33,355 bases of DNA, taken from an uncultured Syntrophomonadaceae bacterium. Its GTDB lineage: Bacteria > Bacillota > Dethiobacteria > PWVN01. Within the stretch, counting starts at the first letter, position 1; each line of letters opens with the position of its first letter. The stretch is from NCBI GenBank assembly GCA_964541505.1, contig CAZIRG010000002.1:1-33355 (forward strand). Reading direction: 5' to 3'. Of the stretch, positions 1-7,289 are shown piece after piece. The position numbers were made by a program, and so were the translations under genes. A model generated the notes under the pieces. It searched no databases and was not told where the DNA came from. It saw nothing but the letters and a program-made list of their open reading frames with translations.

Positions 1-57
1 AACATGTCAGTAGTATCCGGACTTAAAGTCTCGGCGGTGAAGGTGGAGAAAATTTAG
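1..57 (+). CDS. 3' end of an unidentified CDS that starts upstream of the window (...NMSVVSGLKVSAVKVEKI*)
   Basis: Frame 1 is open from base 1 to TAG at 55-57. Only plus-strand coding sequence in the window. Too short to assign a family. Confidence 0.3.
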   Translation, partial: NMSVVSGLKVSAVKVEKI

Positions 58-62
58 GCGAG

Positions 63-110
63 TGACTGAGTGACTGAGTGACTAAGTAAGTAAGTGAATA
101 AGTGACTAAG
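63..110 (+). repeat. Tandem tetranucleotide repeat (TGAC/TGAG/TAAG/TGAA) x12, also readable as AGTGACTG-like octamers from 61 to 116
   Basis: Direct reading: TGAC TGAG TGAC TGAG TGAC TAAG TAAG TAAG TGAA TAAG TGAC TAAG. Every 4-mer carries a stop codon. Confidence 0.85.
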
Positions 111-189
111 TCAGCCTCCGGCTGTCAGTGAGTCAGTTAAGAACGAAGTACGATGGGGTGCTTCACACAATTACCCTAGATTAATATTT

Positions 190-227
190 AAAGGCGGTTG
201 CTTTCTATAAAAGCAACCGCCTTTTTC
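190..227. terminator. Rho-independent terminator hairpin, usable from both strands
   Basis: AAAGGCGGTTGC (190-201) pairs perfectly with GCAACCGCCTTT (213-224) and is followed by a T run. It sits between the converging plus-strand CDS tail and the minus-strand PPC-domain gene. Confidence 0.7.
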
Positions 228-257
228 TACCTATACTCGCCAAACTTATAATTCTAT

Positions 258-350
258 AATAGACACTGATTTGTATGATTTGCGCTGATTTTTTCTATAA
301 TAACTTTATCATGTTTTAATCATAGTACTCAGCGTAAATCAGCGTCTAAT
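258..350. repeat. Dispersed 'TAGACRCTGATTT' element: full forward copy 258-295 plus partial inverted copy 330-350
   Basis: 258-295 aatagacactgatttgtatgatttgcgctgatttttt matches 17541-17576 with 3 mismatches over 36 nt. The reverse complement of 330-350 is attagacgctgatttacgctg. Confidence 0.7.
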
Positions 351-402
351 GTTTTTTATAAAACTCGTGTAACAGTACAGATATTTTAGCACTTAGTTTC
401 CT

Positions 403-822
403 CTAAAACTTTAGAAGATTTAAGCCAATTTCTTCACTGAATTCTCTATCCAGTTGCCCCTCTATTATATCAATGCTAACTTCAGCTGTAGCACTTACTA
501 CAGCCATATTTAAATGTCCGCCGTAAACTTGGTATTTGTTATCTGATAAGCAAATGTGCAGATGTAAATAGATTTCATTATTTTTGGTTGAAATATTTCC
601 ATTTAAAGCGGCAATCTCATAATCGCCTGTAAGCTCTGTTGAATGATAAAGCTTTTTTTTAGTTTCGAAAAAACCTATTTTGACTTTGTTCACAGCACCA
701 ATTCCGCTAACCAAGCCTAGTTTGATGCCTTGTTCAATACAGAGATGTTTTAAGGTTTCCAAGATTTCTTCGCCTTTATCTATCCTTACTACTAATTTAG
801 GACCAAACTTTTTAAATTCCAT
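403..822 (-). CDS. PPC (DUF296) domain protein, predicted DNA-binding
   Basis: The ORF shows the typical DUF296 pattern (...GIGAVNKVKIGFF...EIAALNGNIS...LHLHICLSD...GGHL...ATAEV). Start moved to the ATG at 822 (MEFKKF), which has AAGGAG 8 nt upstream; the ORF-track start at 840 has no SD. Confidence 0.75.
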   Translation of the reverse strand: MEFKKFGPKLVVRIDKGEEILETLKHLCIEQGIKLGLVSGIGAVNKVKIGFFETKKKLYHSTELTGDYEIAALNGNISTKNNEIYLHLHICLSDNKYQVYGGHLNMAVVSATAEVSIDIIEGQLDREFSEEIGLNLLKF

Positions 823-847
823 ATTTTTTTCTCCTTGCAAAACATGT

Positions 848-1420
848 TTATAAAAAACTTATTTCTTCATCTTCTGTAACCAAGCAATCTATTTTTTTAT
901 CAAACCGACCGGTAGGAATATATTCCACTACTTGACAAGCAAAGGCTAGTGCCACCAGTGGCACGCCTTTTTTAAGCTTGGTAAAAAAACGGTCATAGTA
1001 CCCTCCCCCATACCCCAAGCGGTTACCATTTCTATCAAAGGCTACACCTGGAACAATAACCAAATCAATCTCTGACGGCGTTACCGGACGCAGAGATGCT
1101 GCAGGAGGTTCAGGAATACCCCAAATGCCGGGTTCTAAATCTTTATCATAATTGTGCAGCCAAGATAAAATCAGGGCATTATTCTGTGTGTCTGTTTTGG
1201 GAACTATGATTTTTTTTCCCTGGGTAAGGGCTTCTCGTACCATAGCTTCGGTACGAACTTCTTTGCCAAAAGTTAAAAAAAACATGATATTGCGTTTTTG
1301 TCTAAAATCTGCTCGAGCAAAAAGTTTCTTTTTTATTTCTTCACTTTTAAGAGCTAACTCATCTGCTGAAAGGCGATTACGCACAGCTAAAACTTTTTTC
1401 CGCAGTTCTTTCTTTTCCAC
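848..1420 (-). CDS. 5-formyltetrahydrofolate cyclo-ligase
   Basis: 190 aa with an MTHFS-like layout: N-terminal K/R-rich helix (LRKKVLAVRNRLS), GIWGIPEP, VPGVAFDRNGNRLGYGGGYYDR. GTG start with AGGAGG 6 nt upstream. Confidence 0.85.
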   Translation of the reverse strand: MEKKELRKKVLAVRNRLSADELALKSEEIKKKLFARADFRQKRNIMFFLTFGKEVRTEAMVREALTQGKKIIVPKTDTQNNALILSWLHNYDKDLEPGIWGIPEPPAASLRPVTPSEIDLVIVPGVAFDRNGNRLGYGGGYYDRFFTKLKKGVPLVALAFACQVVEYIPTGRFDKKIDCLVTEDEEISFL

Positions 1421-1442
1421 TTTATACCTCCTGTTCTCCTGC

Positions 1443-2549
1443 CTAAATCACAATCAGTTCATATTTTCTGCTGCCAAGTCCTATTTTTTCAGCATAGGAA
1501 AGTTGGATAGAAGAATCAATCTCGGGAAAAATATCTTTAAACTTATCTTCACCGGGTTTAAAGTTATTTTTTAGACGAGTTCCCAGTAGACCTTGCTGCT
1601 TATTGATTAAATCCAGTGAGGCCTGGTCTATAGCTACCGGATCTAGGGAAGCTAGAATACCTACATCGGGAACAATAGGAGCATCACTCCAGCTGGCACA
1701 ATCACAATCGGGGGTAATAGACAAACAAAAATTTATATATCCAACCTTATTTTTTTTGTTTTTGATTGCTCCATAGGCAAATTCACTCATTCTTTCCATA
1801 ACGTCACTGGATTCACTCTTCCAGCGTATCTTGATAGCTTTTTCTGGACAAGTCACGGTACATTCACCACACCCGGTACATTTAGTACTATCTATCACAG
1901 CTTTTTCTTCTGTTAGAGTGATTGCCTCTGCCAGACACCAGTTAAGACAGTAAGCACAACGAACACATTCATCTCCGACCTTAGGCTTTACCGTAGAATG
2001 CATCATCTGTTTGCCACCACGACTGCCACATCCCATACCAAGATTCTTAAGGGCACCGGCAACGCCTGTTAACATATGTCCCTTCACATGGCTTAGAACC
2101 AACATAGCATCAGCATATATTATTTCACTAGCAATTTTCACCAGTTCAAAATGCTTCAGTCCTACTTCTACTTCCTGAAAGCTGCGACCGATAAGGCCGT
2201 CAGCAATGATAATCGGAGCTTGTATAGTGGCAAAACTAAAACCGTTTTCTATAGCTGTTTGTAAGTGATCAATACTATTAGATCTCTTACCAGCATAAAG
2301 GGTATTGGTATCTGTTAAAAAGGGGAAAGCATTCTCTTCTTTTACTTTATCTGCCACCTGCCGTACAAGTACAGGGTGAATAAAAGCTGTGCCACCTTTC
2401 TCACCAAAATGCAACTTAACAGCTACTTTTTCATCCTTTTTTATGAATCTCGCAAAACCCGCTTTCTCAAAAAGTATCCTTACCTTTTCAGGTAAACTTT
2501 CCTTATGCGACTCAGCTCTCATATGCATAAAATAAACTTTACTCAACAC
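1443..2549 (-). CDS. DUF362 domain protein with an inserted 2x[4Fe-4S] ferredoxin domain
   Basis: SKVYF N-terminus typical of DUF362, and two CxxCxxCxxxCP clusters (CVRCAYCLNWC, CTGCGECTVTCP). Start uncertain: GTG 2549 or TTG 2546 lie 11-14 nt after AAGGAGG; ORF-track ATG 2582 overlaps the proS stop. Confidence 0.8.
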   Translation of the reverse strand: MLSKVYFMHMRAESHKESLPEKVRILFEKAGFARFIKKDEKVAVKLHFGEKGGTAFIHPVLVRQVADKVKEENAFPFLTDTNTLYAGKRSNSIDHLQTAIENGFSFATIQAPIIIADGLIGRSFQEVEVGLKHFELVKIASEIIYADAMLVLSHVKGHMLTGVAGALKNLGMGCGSRGGKQMMHSTVKPKVGDECVRCAYCLNWCLAEAITLTEEKAVIDSTKCTGCGECTVTCPEKAIKIRWKSESSDVMERMSEFAYGAIKNKKNKVGYINFCLSITPDCDCASWSDAPIVPDVGILASLDPVAIDQASLDLINKQQGLLGTRLKNNFKPGEDKFKDIFPEIDSSIQLSYAEKIGLGSRKYELIVI

Positions 2550-2565
2550 TAAATAATCAACCTCC

Positions 2566-4014
2566 TTAGTAAGCTCTGGCAAAATATACTGTAGAGGTAG
2601 CCTGTTCCTTACAATAGATACAACTTCCTCGTTTCTCTTTTTGTTCTAGAGGAATACAGCGAATAGTCGCTTTTGTTTCCTCTTTTATTTTTTCTTCACA
2701 GGAGGAACTGCCGCACCAAGCAGAAACAACAAATCCTTTTTTCTCCTTTATGGTTTTTTTGAAGAGCTCATAGTCTTCTAAGAAATGTGTATTATCCTCC
2801 CGGAATTTAATAGCCTGAGCATACATATTAGCTTGTATTTCCACCAATAAAGAAGCTATCTTCCCCTGTAAATTGTCCATGGGAACAAATTCTTTTTCAC
2901 CTGTATCCCTTCTAACCAATACCACTTGATTATTTTTTATATCTTTAGGTCCGATTTCCAAACGCAAAGGAACGCCTTTCATTTCCCACTCATTATACTT
3001 CCAACCAGGAGAATAACCCTCCCGGTCATCTAACTCTACTCTAAAATCATCCTCTAGGGTAGCAAGTAATTCCCCTGCTTTTTGCCTGACCATCTCCTGT
3101 GTTTTTTTAGAAATAATAGGTATAATGATTACCTGCACAGGAGCTACTCTAGGAGGTAGCTTTAATCCTCGATCGTCACCATGAACCATAATAACAGCTC
3201 CTACCAGACGAGTAGAAGTACCCCAAGAAGTCTGCCAGACATATTTAAGCTGATCATCTTTGTCTAAAAATTGAATATCGAAAACTTTGGAAAAATGTTC
3301 TCCTAAGTTGTGAGAAGTTCCTGATTGCAAAGCTTTACCATCACTCATAAGAGCCTCAATAGAATAAGTTCTGAGGGCACCAGCGAATTTTTCCACATCT
3401 GTTTTGAGACCTTTTACAACCGGTATGGCCAGTTCTGTTTCTACAAAGTCTTGATAAACATCCAGCATTTGCAAGGTTTCTTTTTCGGCTTCTTCTTCAT
3501 CAATATGAGCAGTATGTCCTTCCTGCCAAAGAAATTCAGAAGTTCTTAAAAAAGGCCGAGTAGTTTTCTCCCATCTCACCACATTGCACCACTGATTGAT
3601 TAAAACCGGCAAATCACGCCAAGATTGAATCCACTTGCTATACATACTGCATACTACAGTTTCTGAAGTAGGGCGCACCACCAAACGTTCCGCTAATTTT
3701 TCTTTACCAGCATGAGTAACCCAAGCTACTTCCGGCGCAAATCCCTCCACGTGTTCAACTTCTTTTTGCAGTAAACTTTCCGGAATAAATAAAGGGAAAT
3801 AAGCATTTTTATGTCCTGTTTTTTTAATACGCTTGTCCAATAATGCTTTCATATTTTCCCATAAGGTAAATCCATATGGTCTTATAACCATACATCCCTT
3901 TACCGGAGAATAGTCTACCAACTCAGTCTTTAAGATCAAATCCAAATACCATTGTGAATAGTTCTCAGACATGGAAGTGACCTCTCGCACAAATTCTTTA
4001 GTTTCTTTCGGCAT
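2566..4014 (-). CDS. proS: Proline--tRNA ligase, archaeal/eukaryote-like form
   Basis: 482 aa with the class II aaRS core and a C-terminal Cys-rich domain (SAWCGSSSCEEKIK...GSCIYCKE) characteristic of the short ProRS type. AGGAG SD upstream. Confidence 0.95.
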   Translation of the reverse strand: MPKETKEFVREVTSMSENYSQWYLDLILKTELVDYSPVKGCMVIRPYGFTLWENMKALLDKRIKKTGHKNAYFPLFIPESLLQKEVEHVEGFAPEVAWVTHAGKEKLAERLVVRPTSETVVCSMYSKWIQSWRDLPVLINQWCNVVRWEKTTRPFLRTSEFLWQEGHTAHIDEEEAEKETLQMLDVYQDFVETELAIPVVKGLKTDVEKFAGALRTYSIEALMSDGKALQSGTSHNLGEHFSKVFDIQFLDKDDQLKYVWQTSWGTSTRLVGAVIMVHGDDRGLKLPPRVAPVQVIIIPIISKKTQEMVRQKAGELLATLEDDFRVELDDREGYSPGWKYNEWEMKGVPLRLEIGPKDIKNNQVVLVRRDTGEKEFVPMDNLQGKIASLLVEIQANMYAQAIKFREDNTHFLEDYELFKKTIKEKKGFVVSAWCGSSSCEEKIKEETKATIRCIPLEQKEKRGSCIYCKEQATSTVYFARAY

Positions 4015-4040
4015 ATATATAATACTCCTCCTGCTTGTTA

Positions 4041-4322
4041 TTACATTTTTCTATATCTACGATTTCTTTTCTCTTTCTCTTTCTCTTTTCTTTTAGCAGC
4101 TTTTTCTCGCATCACCCGGAAAAACTTGTTCTTCTTTTTAGGGCCCTCTCTTTTAGCAACTTTCTCTCTCATTCCCTGAAAAATAAAAAACCTCAGTCCC
4201 CAAGATATCAATATAAAAACAAGTAACAAAATCACATATCTTGCTACCCACGCAAGATTCATATCCTGCACTAGAGAGCGACCAGTAGGAAACAAATTCG
4301 CATAGCTTGCTACCCAGTCCAT
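4041..4322 (-). CDS. Small membrane protein (93 aa): one TM helix plus a very basic Lys/Arg/Glu-rich tail
   Basis: ATG at 4322 is preceded by AGGAGGAGGG with 7-nt spacing. TM segment ARYVILLLVFILISWGLRFFIF. The tail contains an internal duplication, MREKVAKREG / MREKAAKRKE. No family recognised. Confidence 0.5.
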   Translation of the reverse strand: MDWVASYANLFPTGRSLVQDMNLAWVARYVILLLVFILISWGLRFFIFQGMREKVAKREGPKKKNKFFRVMREKAAKRKEKEKEKRNRRYRKM

Positions 4323-4354
4323 TATTTTCCCTCCTCCTGTAAAGAGATTTATCA

Positions 4355-5746
4355 TTATCTTTTAAAGATTGCATCAACAGCTGTTTTACCAGTTTTCATC
4401 ATAAATCCGGCTAACCCCTTTTTTTTAGAAAAGACTTTATCCAACGCATCTATCACTATATCTAACTCATCGTAAGTAACAGTAAGTGGTGGCTCAAGAC
4501 GAATTACATTAGGATTATTCAGAGTATAAGCAGTAATAATATGATAATCATTTTGTAATGCTCCTGCTACCATGGCTCCTAAATATTCATGGGAAAGTTT
4601 GTTTATCATTCCAGCTGAAACCTTGTTAAATATCCCCTCAGATGAAGCAAACTCTATACCCAGCAATAGTCCCTTGCCGCGCACATCTTTAACAATCTCA
4701 TGTTTTTCCTGTAGACCTTTAACTGCCTTTAATAGATAAGCCCCTTTTTGGCGAGCTTCTGCTGCTAGGTTCTCTTCTACTAAAACATTTATAGCGGCAA
4801 TACCTGCTGCCATGGCCCAAGTGTTGCCTCCAAAAGTAGAGGTATGCAAAAGGCATTTATCCACACCCCCATAAGCTTTTTTCCAGTGTTTTTCATTAGT
4901 TACTAGGGCGCCGATAGGCATGATTCCTCCTCCTAGGGATTTAGCTAAACATAATACGTCTGGCACAGCTCCTTCTTCTTCATAAGTAAAATTAAATCCG
5001 GTGCGGCCAAACCCTGTCTGGATTTCATCCAGAATTAAAAGCGCTTGGTAAGAACTGCATAGTTCCCTAGCTTTACTCAGGTAACCTGCAGGCGGCAGAA
5101 TAATACCTCCTTCTCCCTGAATAGGCTCAACAATAAAGGCAGCACAGTCACCAGTTGACAAAGCAGCTTCTAAAGCTGTGGTATCTCCGAAAGGAATAAA
5201 GGTGATATCGGGAATTAAAGGTTTAAAAGGTTTCTGATATTTTGATCTACCAGTTACAGAAAGAGCACCCAAAGTTTTACCATGGAAAGAATCTTCTGTA
5301 GCTATAATGCGTGTTTTACCAGTTGCTGCTCTAGCTAACTTTAATGCTCCTTCTACAGCTTCGGCGCCACTATTACAGAAAAAAGTATGTTTTAATCCTC
5401 CGGAGTTGATAGCAGCAATATTTTTGGCCAAAGCTCCAGCCAAAGGACTAATAGAAGCTTGCAACAAATTAGGCAATTCTTTCACCTGATCAATGGCTTC
5501 GATAATTGCAGGATGATTATGCCCTAAATTTAAAGAACCATAGCCCCCTAAAAAGTCTAGGTAAGATACTCCCTCAGAATCCCAGACTCTAGTCCCACTG
5601 GCTTTAATAAAGAGCTTGTCGAAATCTAAAAGAGACATAAGCATTGCCAACCCGGGATTAACATATTCTTTATAATTTCGGGCGGTAGTTTTTCTATTCA
5701 GCTGTAAAGCATCTTCCACCGTTAACAGTTTATTATTTGTAGACAA
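4355..5746 (-). CDS. Class-III PLP aminotransferase, putrescine/cadaverine aminotransferase (PatA/YgjG)-like
   Basis: NYKEYVNPG...LDFLGGYGSLNLGHNHP, FFCNSGAEAVEGALKLAR, EPIQGEGG, LDEIQTGFGRTG and a PLP-lysine context CLAKSLGGG. Collinear with my recollection of E. coli PatA. TTG start with GAGGAGGAG SD. Confidence 0.85.
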   Translation of the reverse strand: MSTNNKLLTVEDALQLNRKTTARNYKEYVNPGLAMLMSLLDFDKLFIKASGTRVWDSEGVSYLDFLGGYGSLNLGHNHPAIIEAIDQVKELPNLLQASISPLAGALAKNIAAINSGGLKHTFFCNSGAEAVEGALKLARAATGKTRIIATEDSFHGKTLGALSVTGRSKYQKPFKPLIPDITFIPFGDTTALEAALSTGDCAAFIVEPIQGEGGIILPPAGYLSKARELCSSYQALLILDEIQTGFGRTGFNFTYEEEGAVPDVLCLAKSLGGGIMPIGALVTNEKHWKKAYGGVDKCLLHTSTFGGNTWAMAAGIAAINVLVEENLAAEARQKGAYLLKAVKGLQEKHEIVKDVRGKGLLLGIEFASSEGIFNKVSAGMINKLSHEYLGAMVAGALQNDYHIITAYTLNNPNVIRLEPPLTVTYDELDIVIDALDKVFSKKKGLAGFMMKTGKTAVDAIFKR

Positions 5747-5793
5747 TAAAATCTCCTCCTCTCCACTATTTCAACTCAAAACCCATAGCTCCG

Positions 5794-5975
5794 TCTCAAA
5801 CTCCGTCCAACTTCCAACATCCCACATCTAACGCCCAAGTTAGCTTCCCACCATCAACCCGGGCAACCACAAGGGTTGCCCCTACTCAAAACTCAAACTC
5901 CGTCCAACCTCCAAAATAGCTTCCCACCATCTCAACCCAAAACTCAAAACTCCCGTCCAACTTCCAACCTCCAAC
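5794..5975. repeat. C-rich (plus strand) low-complexity repeat tract built from CTCCGTCCAACYTCCAA and TAGCTTCCCACCATC units, around a GC hairpin
   Basis: Units at 5794-5832, 5891-5916 and 5941-5975. TAGCTTCCCACCATC occurs at 5841-5855 and 5917-5931. Hairpin GGGCAACC/GGTTGCCC at 5861-5881. A related copy in opposite orientation lies at 17665-17700. Confidence 0.8.
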
Positions 5976-7267
5976 TACTTTGGTTCAATAATAGAAACAG
6001 CGTAGTTTTCTGGTGTGAAAAGCTTTTGCAACCTTTCCTCTATCTCCTCTTTGCTGATACTTTTTAAAACTTTTAGATAGTCAAACATATTTATCTCCTG
6101 AAAATAACTTGCCAAATAATTATTAGCTACAAACTCCAATGAGTTGAAACTTCTTAAAAATTCTCCTGCCATTTTCTTTTGTTTTACTTCAAAATCTTTA
6201 AGGACAATTCCTTTTTTCTGCACCTCTTTTATGCCCTGCAGGATTTTTTGAAAAAGTGCTTCCGGATTACCAGTTTCGCCTCCGATAATTACGTGACCGT
6301 AATCTCTGTGTGCAGTGAAAGAAGCATCAAAGTTGTCATCAATAAGACCATCTTCATAGAGCTGGTTAAACAAAGGGGCCGAGGAACTAAAGATAATTTC
6401 TAAAATAATCTCCGTCATAATATCTTTACGCAAAAGATTTTCTCCCAAAAACCCAACTTGATTATCCTTAAAACCTAGATAAAAAACAGGTTGAGAAACT
6501 ACCAACTGCTCTGTCGTCCTTTTTTGATTTATGCGTAAAGACTCCTCCGGGTAATAGCGTAATATCTTGTTCAGAGAAGTATAATTTCTATCAGTTATAT
6601 TGGCTTCTACTTGATCTAAAATTTCTTCCGGATCAAAATCTCCTACAGCAAAAAAAGCCATATTGCTAGGATGGTAGAAAGTCTGATAACATTTCTGCAA
6701 AATATCTGCATCAATCTTGCGAATACTTTCTACAGTACCGGCAATATCTATTTTAACAGGATGTTTTTCATACAAACCATTTAGAAGATTAAAAAACAAA
6801 CGCCAAGAAGGATTATCTTCATACATTCTTATTTCCTGTTCAATTATATCTTTTTCTCTTTCTATGCTTTCAGTCGTGAAGCAAGTTTCTTGTACAAAAT
6901 TCAGCAAAAGAGAGAGGTTTTCTTTAAAATTATCTGTGCAAGAAAAAAGATAAGCCGTGTTTGTAAAATTAGTATAGGCGTTAGAGGATGCTCCTAAGCG
7001 TGAGAAATCGTCAGTAACACTTCCTTTTTCATGTTCAAAAAGCTTATGCTCCAGAAAATGAGCCACTCCATCTGGAACCTTAATACTTTCCGTTTCTCCT
7101 TGCAGAGAAAACTCCCTGTCAATAGAACCAAAATTTGTTGATATAACAGCATATTTCTTTTGAAATCCCTGCTTTGGTAAAACAAAAGCAGTAAACCCCG
7201 GTTCAATTTTTCTAAAGAAAACCTTTTCTTTTAAAACACTATCTTCTATTACACCAGCAACAGTCAT
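5975..7267 (-). CDS. M16 (pitrilysin/insulinase) family zinc peptidase, YmfH-like, catalytic motif present
   Basis: HxxEH zinc motif in VPDGVAHFLEHKLFE, plus HPVKIDIAGTVESI and FYHPSNM, typical of the YmfH subgroup. Confidence 0.85.
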   Translation of the reverse strand: MTVAGVIEDSVLKEKVFFRKIEPGFTAFVLPKQGFQKKYAVISTNFGSIDREFSLQGETESIKVPDGVAHFLEHKLFEHEKGSVTDDFSRLGASSNAYTNFTNTAYLFSCTDNFKENLSLLLNFVQETCFTTESIEREKDIIEQEIRMYEDNPSWRLFFNLLNGLYEKHPVKIDIAGTVESIRKIDADILQKCYQTFYHPSNMAFFAVGDFDPEEILDQVEANITDRNYTSLNKILRYYPEESLRINQKRTTEQLVVSQPVFYLGFKDNQVGFLGENLLRKDIMTEIILEIIFSSSAPLFNQLYEDGLIDDNFDASFTAHRDYGHVIIGGETGNPEALFQKILQGIKEVQKKGIVLKDFEVKQKKMAGEFLRSFNSLEFVANNYLASYFQEINMFDYLKVLKSISKEEIEERLQKLFTPENYAVSIIEPK

Positions 7268-7289
7268 TGTATGTATTGCCCTCCTTTTA

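Noticed and set aside
61-116. AAGTAAGTGA and, at 11068-11088, GACTGAGCGCAGCGAGG resemble pieces of the enterobacterial ERIC/IRU consensus
   Set aside because: The matches are short and discontinuous in a Firmicute-like context, most likely by chance. The overall ERIC palindrome is not reproduced.
1152-1574. Plus-strand ORFs antisense to well-supported minus-strand genes. This one stands for many others: 3325-3549, 5307-5489, 6179-6403, 6717-6953, 9569-9763, 10625-10834, 11260-11602, 14304-14570, 15081-15374, 16608-16790, 17078-17509, 18098-18829, 19045-19970, 20551-20802, 24529-24720, 26634-26858, 27459-27743, 31787-32035, 32296-32499, 32772-32966 and 33069-33350.
   Set aside because: They lie entirely inside conserved genes on the other strand, have low-complexity or biased translations, lack SD sequences and show no recognisable motifs. 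These are the shadow ORFs expected in AT-rich DNA.
4015-4040. Expected a T-box leader upstream of proS, and upstream of hisZ at 30385-30569
   Set aside because: Only 26 nt separate proS from the preceding ORF. In the hisZ leader I could not find the conserved T-box sequence (GGTGGTACCGCG-like), the AGAGA or F boxes, or a specifier-loop architecture.
5794-5975. Checked the repeat tracts (also 61-116 and 17665-17776) for a CRISPR array
   Set aside because: The units are 4-40 nt, degenerate and contiguous or irregularly spaced, without unique spacers of constant length. No cas genes are present.
5876-6067. 63-aa plus-strand ORF (and 17558-17764, 68 aa) inside the repeat-filled intergenic regions
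   Set aside because: The translations are low-complexity products of the C-rich and G-rich repeats (PSNLQNSFPPSQPKTQNS...). They have no SD, and one runs into the M16 gene on the opposite strand.
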